From a virus, in the IMG/VR virus record IMGVR_UViG_3300010233_001188, positions 1 through 64,000 of that record: a DNA stretch of 64,000 nucleotides; one strand, given 5' to 3'. This document shows, piece by piece, positions 56,305-64,000 of this stretch. The notes under the pieces were generated by a model. It worked only from the letters and a program-made list of their open reading frames with translations, was not told the DNA's origin and searched no databases. Numbering within the stretch: position 1 is the stretch's first letter; each line of letters begins with the position of its first letter. Both the position numbers and the translations under genes were made by a program.

Positions 56305-56724
56305 CTAAGCTGGCTTCTTGAAATAAACGGACGGGTCTTCGCGAATGACAGCGGCTATTTCCTTGAAGGTAAGCCTTTCCTCATCATTCAGTTCTATTAA
56401 ATCCGGTTTAAATGTCAAACGAGACTTGCCATCACTATTATACACTGCAAGCAAATCTTTGACCTCTTCCGGTAACGAAAACTCTTGGGCATCACCGCGC
56501 TTGCCATAAAACATGGCACCCTCATCCCATCCAGATCCAATATAGGCTTTAAACCCGAGAGCAACGCAAGCACGGCCTAGACAACAATAGCCGCCATTAC
56601 CATTATTTAGCACGCCGCTGGCCTGCTTAGCCTTTGTCGTCTCAAGATCGATCAACCATTTACGCTGATTCGGCCCAAGCTTCTGTTTGGGCTTCTTTAC
56701 TGTCTTCTTTGAAAGCTTACTCAT
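56305..56724 (-). CDS. Conserved phage hypothetical protein
   Basis: W...L......Q..G.L, YCCLG.AC, LND....TFKEIA..I. Confidence 0.75.
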   Translation of the reverse strand: MSKLSKKTVKKPKQKLGPNQRKWLIDLETTKAKQASGVLNNGNGGYCCLGRACVALGFKAYIGSGWDEGAMFYGKRGDAQEFSLPEEVKDLLAVYNSDGKSRLTFKPDLIELNDEERLTFKEIAAVIREDPSVYFKKPA

Positions 56725-56820
56725 TTGAACACCCCTATGATGGTAAGAGCAACAACCATCAGGAATATCACAAGCCCAATTTCTGCCGGATGAGGCTTGA
56801 CTGATTCTTTGTCCGATCTT

Positions 56821-57006
56821 TCATACATTTTTGAACCATCCCTTCACTTTTTCCATTAAACTCGATGCTAGGAAATACAAGCATAGCATGATCCCGAGAC
56901 TGATGACAAATAGAATGAGTACCATATCCAGCGCAAAGGTAAGGAAGCCGGTCATGTAGCCTAGAATCAGAATCAACAAAGCGGGTAGTATCAGCAAGTA
57001 ATTCAT
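56821..57006 (-). CDS. Small two-pass membrane protein
   Basis: Two hydrophobic segments; ATGA coupling. Confidence 0.6.
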   Translation of the reverse strand: MNYLLILPALLILILGYMTGFLTFALDMVLILFVISLGIMLCLYFLASSLMEKVKGWFKNV

Positions 57007-57230
57007 AAACCTCTTTCCTTCAATAAAATTCCTGCATAGATCATGGCAAAATCCATGTCTTCATCATCGTCAAGAGCATCGCGCACTACGGAAATCCGGC
57101 CAGCACTGATGCCCACAAGATCACTGACGGGTAGCCCCGAGAACGGGACAAATTCCCCAGAATCGGTTTTCCAGTATGGTTCGCGCATGATGATTGTCCC
57201 CTCAAGCAAGCCGGATATGGCTTTATACAA
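57003..57230 (-). CDS. Small hypothetical protein
   Basis: Coupled to next gene. Confidence 0.55.
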   Translation of the reverse strand: MYKAISGLLEGTIIMREPYWKTDSGEFVPFSGLPVSDLVGISAGRISVVRDALDDDEDMDFAMIYAGILLKERGL

Positions 57231-57304
57231 AGCTATACCGAGAATTGTAATTACAGAAGGTGCATCAAAAGGGAAATAGGTGCTGTGCCTAAGCCATAGC
57301 CTAA

Positions 57305-57330
57305 CCAGGGAGCCTGTACACGGCTTTTAT
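57305..57330 (+). repeat. 26-bp dispersed hairpin repeat (partner at 34793-34818)
   Basis: AGCC-TGTACAC-GGCT-TTTAT. Confidence 0.8.
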
Positions 57331-57509
57331 GCGGCAATTGGCGGTAGGATTAGAGGAAAGCGGGAAATTTGATTGTACGTGGCTCAGGATTAGGCTAATG
57401 CGGCTTAGAAAGCACGGCCAGAAGGAAACTAAGGCGTCTATAGCGGCGAAACTTGGCCGGGGGACATTCTCGGCGGTTTTCTTCATTACCTCCCTAGCGG
57501 CCCTGGGGC

Positions 57510-58415
57510 TTGAGAATATACCGTTGGGGGATGTTTAGGGGGTGGGCCTTGCTCGCAGCCATCGTTGTTTTGGCCGCATGGGCGGCAGTTATGCCGCCGT
57601 CCCCGATTCAAATATCTGCATCACAGCCACCAGCTCCAAGTGCTTTTGAAGACACTAGAAAAAATCAAGAAAAAGCCGCTGCATCCCCAAATACTCCCGC
57701 CAATAATGAGAGAGGTACAAAGGACGCGCCGCTTGCGGTTGAAATTACAAATCCCCCAAGCGGTGATAGCATAGCCGCTGAGATTAAGAAAAACCGCGAG
57801 GATCAAGCGGCGGAAGAAGGGCGCGGCATAGTTTTTGACTCGCTCCTTGTTGCTGTCGGCATTCTTCAATTTGTTGCGCTGGTTTTCACCGTCCTCGTAA
57901 CCAACAAGGCGGCGAATGCTGCCAAAGCTGCCGCTGAGGCGCTCCCCGTTTTGGAGCGCGCTTATTTGGCGGTTGAGCCCGCCGGGATCGGCAATTTCGG
58001 CGGCGATCCCCTCATCGCCAGAGTTAAAATTAAGAACGCTGGCAATCTTCCAGCTAGAGAGGTGCGTTGGTTTTTCTACGCTGAATCCGATAGCGATAAA
58101 CGGCGCAAAGAGTTTATCGTTGAGAGCGAGGAGGCGGTTAAAGAAGAAAGCAATTTCCTCGCGCCAAAAGCTGAAATGGTGAGATTTCACAAATTTACTA
58201 GCAAAGTTGAGGCCGTCTATTTCAATGGGGGGACGGAGGCCATCTATGTTTGGGGGATCGTTTATTACCATGATGGCTTTAAGCCTCATCGGTACATTCA
58301 ATTCTGTCATCGGTACGAATCCGATGGAGGAACTTCGGGACATAGTGTCATTAGCCCAGACCGAGCGCGCCAGCACCAATTCGGAAATGGCACAGACGAA
58401 GACAAAAAGACTTAA
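57510..58415 (+). CDS. Membrane-anchored hypothetical protein, moron-like, counter-oriented
   Basis: Two hydrophobic segments, AA..AAEAL...ERAYL, KNAGNLPA, YVWG.V.Y.DGF. Confidence 0.7.
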   Translation: MRIYRWGMFRGWALLAAIVVLAAWAAVMPPSPIQISASQPPAPSAFEDTRKNQEKAAASPNTPANNERGTKDAPLAVEITNPPSGDSIAAEIKKNREDQAAEEGRGIVFDSLLVAVGILQFVALVFTVLVTNKAANAAKAAAEALPVLERAYLAVEPAGIGNFGGDPLIARVKIKNAGNLPAREVRWFFYAESDSDKRRKEFIVESEEAVKEESNFLAPKAEMVRFHKFTSKVEAVYFNGGTEAIYVWGIVYYHDGFKPHRYIQFCHRYESDGGTSGHSVISPDRARQHQFGNGTDEDKKT

Positions 58416-58447
58416 CGCGGCCACCGCCGCCAACACGCGCATGGCGC

Positions 58448-58702
58448 TTACTCCAAACTCACCTCACTCATTTGGGATCGTCCAGGCAGCCGCCAAGCCT
58501 TGAGCTTGGGGCGTTTGCGCCAAGATACCGTGATGATAAGCCATGGATTTGTGTCCCTCGGGTAATTCCATCTCATTTCTTTTTGAAGATAGGCAGATAC
58601 CTTCTTCTTATTCGGATGGGGAGCTGTGATTATCTTTCTCTGACTTCTAAGATGGTCTATGAGAGTCAGGTAAAAGTTATGTACTTTAGTGTAATCTGTC
58701 AC
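58448..58702 (-). CDS. Small basic hypothetical protein
   Basis: AGGA RBS; first gene left of the large intergenic region. Confidence 0.5.
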   Translation of the reverse strand: MTDYTKVHNFYLTLIDHLRSQRKIITAPHPNKKKVSAYLQKEMRWNYPRDTNPWLIITVSWRKRPKLKAWRLPGRSQMSEVSLE

Positions 58703-59227
58703 TGATGTAGTTTCCTATAGCTTAGACATATAGCTAATATAAGCTTACTACTAAGGCAGTAAGCTTACTACTTATGAAGGTGGAGGTGGAAAAGAGCATA
58801 AGGGAACTTAACCCCCGCCTTTTGTCACTAGTAGATGTGACTAAGACAGATGGAGGCTAAGAACCACTATGCTCTCCTAAGCCATGAAGTACGGAGTATG
58901 GACTTAAGAGCATCCCTCTCTTGCGAACTAGAGGGGAATTTCCGATCATGCTTTTATAGGCTATAGTCCGCAAGCCTACACCAATCTTCCCCACAAATCG
59001 TTTACAGGTCTTAGGTAGCCGCTTTGATTGGAACCCCCAGTAACGGCTCGTTTAACGCAACGGTTTCCCTGATGGCCCGGTCCCCGCACGGTTACGATAG
59101 CTATGGCGAATGTGTCAGAAATGGCTTAAAGCCAGACGAACGAATGTGTGCGTGCCAATCGTAACAAGATATCTATACAGCAAAACGTATTGGAGTTCAA
59201 TTCCTAAATCGGGTATAATTATCCTAT
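58703..59227. other. Non-coding divergence region with repeats and hairpins (candidate origin or structured RNA)
   Basis: Strand switch; TAAGCTTACTACT twice; several stems. Confidence 0.45.
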
Positions 59228-59458
59228 ATGCCGTTCTTCGGGAGGAACCACATCATGCCTTATGCCGATTTGTTGCGCCTGGGCATAGCTACGGATGTCC
59301 CGTTTGTCCCGTTGCGCTCTCCGGTTACCCGTTTCTTTGTCATCACAAACTACGGCTGCCCGGATTGCGGGGCCGAATTGGATGCCGCCTTGGTGTGCTG
59401 GGATTGCGAGAAAGACCATAAGCTTGAATATGATTCGTCCAGAGGACTTGTCGTCTGA
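59228..59458 (+). CDS. Small zinc-ribbon protein
   Basis: GGAGG RBS; CPDC...CWDC. Confidence 0.55.
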   Translation: MPFFGRNHIMPYADLLRLGIATDVPFVPLRSPVTRFFVITNYGCPDCGAELDAALVCWDCEKDHKLEYDSSRGLVV

Positions 59459-59534
59459 TAGACGCAATGCGCTTGCGATGCGGGCTTTGTTCGGGTATAT
59501 CGTATTTTATAAATCTTTAAGGGGGATTTACATC

Positions 59535-59744
59535 ATGGGCGGAAAATCACTTAGGCAGCTTGCTTCAACCGAGTTTGAATGTGCTTGCTGCAAGACCATC
59601 TTTGTGTCAGATATGACCGAGGATGAGGTTTCTGTGAAGTTCATGGAAGAAAACCCCGATTGTGATGCAGACGAATACGCGGATTTTTGTGATGAGTGCG
59701 CCGAAGCATTCATGCAGTTTTGCAAGCAAAAGGTCTTGAACTAG
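59535..59744 (+). CDS. Small zinc-finger protein (3' part of ORF 59295-59744)
   Basis: AAGGGGGA RBS before ATG 59535; CACC...CDEC. Confidence 0.6.
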   Translation: MGGKSLRQLASTEFECACCKTIFVSDMTEDEVSVKFMEENPDCDADEYADFCDECAEAFMQFCKQKVLN

Positions 59745-59869
59745 GCCATGCGGAATAAGGATTTGAAGATGGTCGGCTTTGCTCTTGCAAAAGAACTATC
59801 CGCATGGCAATTTGGATGGCGTAAGCCGATGCTCACGGATGCCATTGAAGCAGGACCGGCTGATGGTGA

Positions 59870-60598
59870 TTGGTGGTTCTGCATAGGCCCGTTAGCGTTT
59901 ATGTTCGCAGAGGACTAATCATCATGGATATCTGGGACACGATTGAATCCGGTATAGAGCCACATAGCACTAATACACATGACATTAATCTTAAGAAAGC
60001 TAGGCTGAATACACGGCGAAAGGAAACTAGAAATAAAGCTATCATTGCTTTCTATGGAGCCGGTAATTCTTTGGAATGTGTGGGGCAAAAGTTTGAGATA
60101 ACCAGAGAACGGGTACGGCAAATCTTAGCCAACTCTGGGCACTTCCAACGCTATTATGGCATCAATAGCCCACGTCGCATCAAAGCTTTGGAGAAAGAAG
60201 ACGCTAGGATTGAGAAGCAATGCCTCAAAGAGCAAGCGCGCCAAGAGCGGGATAAAAAGCTCATAGCTCTCTATGTTGATGAGAAGTTGACCTATCTTGA
60301 AATACAAAAGATTACCGGCGTCCCTGTTAGCCAGATCACAAAAAGCTTACGTAAACACGGTGTCCAGAATCGCAGACTGGGTAGAATTGGCGAGTCTCTG
60401 GTTAAACTTACCGATCAGCAGCGGCTAGAAATTTGCACTGCTGAGAAAAAGCCTGGAATGTGCAGACGGATGGCTAAAAAGTACAACGTGTGTGAGAATT
60501 ATATAAGCGTGCTCAGATCCTTATGGAAGAAACGACATGCCAAGAGTACAGCGCCCGCATCCGATAATGGAAGCCCCACAAGTAGCCCAAGCTCATAA
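59870..60598 (+). CDS. Multi-HTH regulator with sigma-70 region-4-like motif
   Basis: SLECVGQKFEITRERVRQI plus further HTH repeats. Confidence 0.75.
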   Translation: MVVLHRPVSVYVRRGLIIMDIWDTIESGIEPHSTNTHDINLKKARLNTRRKETRNKAIIAFYGAGNSLECVGQKFEITRERVRQILANSGHFQRYYGINSPRRIKALEKEDARIEKQCLKEQARQERDKKLIALYVDEKLTYLEIQKITGVPVSQITKSLRKHGVQNRRLGRIGESLVKLTDQQRLEICTAEKKPGMCRRMAKKYNVCENYISVLRSLWKKRHAKSTAPASDNGSPTSSPSS

Positions 60599-60884
60599 AG
60601 GCTGGCCTCATGGCAAGCTTGAACAGAAGTCTTGTGCTTCGTTCGATGTGGATTTGCGATACCGTAGCCGGACTAGTGATGCCGATATGCATGAAGTGCG
60701 CTGGTATATGATTGGCGCTCTGCATATCGCATACATGCAAATCTTTACTAAAGAGACTCATGCTAACGGTAATTACTGTGTTTTCATCAATTCTATCCAA
60801 GGTAATGGCGGGAGTTGGTTCAAGAGCGAGAAAGAGGCTCATACATTCATTCAGTCTGAGTTACAAAGGATTCCGACGCCGTGA
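60537..60884 (+). CDS. Hypothetical protein
   Basis: GTGA coupling to next gene. Confidence 0.45.
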   Translation: MPRVQRPHPIMEAPQVAQAHKGWPHGKLEQKSCASFDVDLRYRSRTSDADMHEVRWYMIGALHIAYMQIFTKETHANGNYCVFINSIQGNGGSWFKSEKEAHTFIQSELQRIPTP

Positions 60885-61387
60885 GGTTATTTTGGAAAAT
60901 TCATGAGGCTAAATGGTGGCTTATGCATCGGTTTATCCCTCGGTATCGGTATCATGTTGTCAAAACTGGATTAAAGCCTGGGTATTGGGATGTCGATACT
61001 AGGATGCTTCATGCCCTCATGAGCTTGCTTTGCCAGTATGTTGAAAAAGAATGTGATGGTCTGGAATCTTTTCAAGAATGGACCGACGAACTACTTACCC
61101 TTGTTTCGCCTGAAAATTCGGAAGGCGAGCACGCTCTCTTGCGGCGGCAGGGTTTGAAGCAAGCTGAAGTGCTGGCTATTTACCGATGGTGGAAAGAACA
61201 GCGCCCGAAAGAATTAGCCAAAATAGACGAATTAATGGATGTGCTGTATAGCCCTGACGTAAAACACGGCCAAATGCAGCGTGAGGCAATGTTTGAGGAA
61301 TTGACGGCGTTGGAAGGCAAAAGGGATCAAGACGAAGAGGGTATGCTTATCCGGCTTATGAAGATTCGCACGAGTCTATGGACATGA
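60881..61387 (+). CDS. Conserved phage hypothetical protein
   Basis: LKPGYWD.DTRML, YRWWK..RP, D..MLIRL.KIR.SLWT. Confidence 0.75.
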   Translation: MRLFWKIHEAKWWLMHRFIPRYRYHVVKTGLKPGYWDVDTRMLHALMSLLCQYVEKECDGLESFQEWTDELLTLVSPENSEGEHALLRRQGLKQAEVLAIYRWWKEQRPKELAKIDELMDVLYSPDVKHGQMQREAMFEELTALEGKRDQDEEGMLIRLMKIRTSLWT

Positions 61388-61947
61388 ACGACGCGGAGTT
61401 CCAATCCTGGGTAGCACAAGTCCCAACCTTGTCCCAGAATCAATTGAGAGCGCTTGAGAAGCACGTACACGGCTTTAAGGCTTCAGTTGGCAGCAAACCC
61501 TTACTAGAGGAAGATTGGTTCCTACGGGGCTTCTATGAAGCTCTACGCAAGCATGGGCTTCTAACCAACCTTAACTTCAAGTCTGTGGCTAATTCCAAGG
61601 AGGCCAAAACCTATAAGACCTTAAAGGATGACTTGTTTGTGGAACTCGAAAAGCTCTTGCCGCCCAAAAACAAATATCAAAGCCGAAATAGCTTGGCTTT
61701 GCTTACTGGCGATTGCCTTGTTAAGTGGTGTAAGAAAAAATACGGATGGACTAACGAGGAACTTTCGGCAAAAGTAGTATTCCGCCACGTAAAGGATTCC
61801 TTAGAGGCGCTTGACAACGAGTTCCCTGGGTATAGGGAATCTAATCTATTTCAAATGGTGTTAGGGGATTACGGAAATGCCAACGCTTGTGAAGTCAAAG
61901 ACGCCGCATCAGGAAGTGCTCCTGGCCGTAGTTCCGACTTTGAATGA
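61378..61947 (+). CDS. Hypothetical protein
   Basis: Coupled ORF; A.D.EFPGY motif. Confidence 0.7.
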   Translation: MDMNDAEFQSWVAQVPTLSQNQLRALEKHVHGFKASVGSKPLLEEDWFLRGFYEALRKHGLLTNLNFKSVANSKEAKTYKTLKDDLFVELEKLLPPKNKYQSRNSLALLTGDCLVKWCKKKYGWTNEELSAKVVFRHVKDSLEALDNEFPGYRESNLFQMVLGDYGNANACEVKDAASGSAPGRSSDFE

Positions 61948-62161
61948 ATCTGATGACGAATTTATCAAACTCCCTTATCAGTATATTTCAAACATAACCG
62001 CGCATTACGCTTCTATCCACTTTGATCCTTATGCATTTAAAGACCCGTGCGCGACGTGGGCCTCGGAACTTGTGGTATTTTCTTTAGAGGATATGTGTGC
62101 CTTAGATGGCAATCTTTTGTTTCGGAAGTCGATAGCAATGCGTAAGGGCCTAAGCCTGTGA
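61877..62161 (+). CDS. Hypothetical protein
   Basis: GTGA coupling to next gene. Confidence 0.5.
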   Translation: MPTLVKSKTPHQEVLLAVVPTLNESDDEFIKLPYQYISNITAHYASIHFDPYAFKDPCATWASELVVFSLEDMCALDGNLLFRKSIAMRKGLSL

Positions 62162-62430
62162 GCGAAAAGGAAATAGAATGTGGACCATGGATTCCTACTC
62201 CGGGATATTGCCCTATTCCAGATAAAGTAAAGCATCAGGTTAAATTAAATATGGATGTTAAAGAAAGGGGGGTGATATATGATGATGCATCAACATGGAG
62301 GTGGAACTTAGATATGGGGTCTGGAACTATTTCTGCATATCGAGTTCCTTTGGGGAATATGCTTAATTTGCCTAAGTCTGATATGGCTGAATACATCTTA
62401 GAAATGCGGGACGGCGCACCGATTGGCTAA
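62158..62430 (+). CDS. Hypothetical protein with EYILE.RD tag
   Basis: Ends DMAEYILEMRDGAPIG. Confidence 0.72.
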   Translation: MSEKEIECGPWIPTPGYCPIPDKVKHQVKLNMDVKERGVIYDDASTWRWNLDMGSGTISAYRVPLGNMLNLPKSDMAEYILEMRDGAPIG

Positions 62431-63838
62431 TACGCTTACTAAGCCTTTACAAGAATCCATTCTTAGTCTCATGGCGGTTGACGACAAGCACGGCAGAATT
62501 GCTGCCGGGCTGCTCACTGCTCAAGACTTTGATGAGAGCTACACAGATATAGCTCGTAGGATCATCAACTATCATAAAGAGCAAGGCCGTGCTCCGGGTA
62601 AAGCTCATTTAGATGATGTGTTTGATGACATTATCGGCAATCCTAAGCACAAGAAGCACAAGCAATATGTTTTCATTATTGAAGGCATTCTCCACAATTC
62701 CGAGAGCCTAAATCCGCCCTACCTCATTAGCCGTATTGGTGAATTTACCAGACGGCAGACGTTGAAAGGTGCTTTGCTTGAAGCGAGCGAGCGCTATCAA
62801 CAAGGCGGGCCTGAGCTTATCCCCGATGTAGAAAACATTCTCTTCAAAGCGTTAAAGTTCAAAGAGGATGATTTTGATGCGGGTGTGTTTCTCAATGACA
62901 AAGAGCGCGGGCTTGGGTTCTTGGATAGCGCCCCTCAAGCTTACCTGACCGGCATCCCTGAATTAGACCATGTGTCTTTAGGCCCGACGCCAGGGCAATT
63001 GCTTTTGTTTATTGCCGGTAAGGGGATGGGAAAAAGCCATGCCTGTGTTCATTTTGGGAAGCAATGTCTTTTGCAGAAAGCTAAGGTTGTTCATATCAGC
63101 CTTGAGATGCCGTGGCAGCAAGTCATTCAACGCTACTATCAAAGCTTTTTCGCTATACCAAAACGAGCCGATGATTACGAAATCACCAAGTTTGAACTGG
63201 ACACATTAGGCCGCTTATCTCACTTCAAGACGGATAACATTCGCCCAGCGGTGTCTTTAGCTGATGATTCAATCAAGACGTACCTTGGGCAGCGGATTGA
63301 TGATTGGGGTGCTAAGCTAGGGCGACTCTGTATAAAAGATTTTCCAACGTCGTATTTAACTATTCCAAAGCTAGAAGCCTATCTTGATACATTAGAACTT
63401 ACCCACAATTTCATTCCGAACGTATTGATCCTCGACTACCCGGATTTGATGAACCTCAAGGGCGATCTACGGCAATCGCTGGGGGCTTTATTCAAAGACC
63501 TACGCGGAATGCTTAAGCGCCGGAATTTGGCCTGTGTAGCGCCCACACAGTCTAACCGTGATGGGTGGGATGCTAAAACAGTCAGAGCCAGCATGGTATC
63601 GGAGGACGGCTCCAAGGTCATGACAGCGGATATGACATTAACCTACAGTCAGACCGATTCTGAAAAAGCTAAGGGGCTTGCCCGGCTTGGAGTAGCGCAC
63701 AATCGCGGAGATGAGGACAAGTTCGGTATAATTATATCACAAAGTTACAGAACGGGGCAGTTTGCTTTGTATTCGGCGCGCATGACAAGTAACTATTTCG
63801 ATTTGGTAGGCGGCGCACCAAATGGCGATGAGGCATGA
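62423..63838 (+). CDS. DnaB-like (SF4) replicative helicase
   Basis: AGKGMGKS Walker A, HISLEM, LILDYPDLM, TQSNR, SED..K...AD. Confidence 0.9.
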   Translation: MANTLTKPLQESILSLMAVDDKHGRIAAGLLTAQDFDESYTDIARRIINYHKEQGRAPGKAHLDDVFDDIIGNPKHKKHKQYVFIIEGILHNSESLNPPYLISRIGEFTRRQTLKGALLEASERYQQGGPELIPDVENILFKALKFKEDDFDAGVFLNDKERGLGFLDSAPQAYLTGIPELDHVSLGPTPGQLLLFIAGKGMGKSHACVHFGKQCLLQKAKVVHISLEMPWQQVIQRYYQSFFAIPKRADDYEITKFELDTLGRLSHFKTDNIRPAVSLADDSIKTYLGQRIDDWGAKLGRLCIKDFPTSYLTIPKLEAYLDTLELTHNFIPNVLILDYPDLMNLKGDLRQSLGALFKDLRGMLKRRNLACVAPTQSNRDGWDAKTVRASMVSEDGSKVMTADMTLTYSQTDSEKAKGLARLGVAHNRGDEDKFGIIISQSYRTGQFALYSARMTSNYFDLVGGAPNGDEA

Positions 63839-64000
63839 ACGCCCTCATTCCGCGCGCAACAGCCGAACAGGTCGTCGCAGCACGAGATGCGGCCCTAAAG
63901 GCTTATGGTGAGGCCCACATCTTTTATGATGAAGTTGACTTAGACTGATTCATCCCAACGCTATTGCAGAGTTTCTAGCCAAGCCTAGAGATTCCCATGA

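Noticed and set aside
57003-57230. C-terminus YAGILLKERGL as an eighth tag copy
   Set aside because: Lacks the (E/D)YI(L/I) core; similarity too weak
57621-58442. 273-aa minus-strand ORF (and likewise 52807-53592)
   Set aside because: Overlap more protein-like plus-strand ORFs; probably shadows
1-64000. CRISPR array, tRNA/rRNA genes, reverse transcriptase/DGR
   Set aside because: No regularly spaced repeats, cloverleaf with T-loop consensus or RT motifs recognised by eye; a scan could still find divergent ones

Overview
The window is most of the genome of a tailed, contractile-tail (myovirus-type) dsDNA phage, probably of a proteobacterial host. A long minus-strand late operon (about 9.3-51.6 kb) runs: NusG-like antiterminator, terminase, portal, head-morphogenesis protein, Nudix protein, prohead protease/scaffold, decoration protein, major capsid, neck, sheath, tube, frameshifted chaperones, tape measure, baseplate, fibres, then lysis. 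Early/accessory ORFs, a decayed IS1595-like insert and a DnaB-like helicase lie at 51.7-64 kb. At 1-8.5 kb the phage carries its own nucleotide-sugar cluster (GmhA, HddA, HddC, RmlC-like, SDR epimerases, split transketolase, GT-A glycosyltransferase). Two signals stand out. (1) Surface-exposed virion proteins are densely loaded with (G/A)-N-X-S/T sequons, while capsid, portal, terminase and non-virion proteins are not; with the sugar cluster this suggests a phage-encoded virion N-glycosylation system. (2) Seven unrelated accessory proteins share a C-terminal tag, M(A/T)EYILEQRDG. Also seen: a 55-bp inverted repeat at the left edge (inversion or assembly artefact), recurrent x-[QKMFL]-D motifs in head proteins, an ADP-ribosyltransferase, several structured-RNA candidates and apparent ATT/CTG start codons. 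All family calls come from motif recognition by eye; no searches were run and counts are manual.
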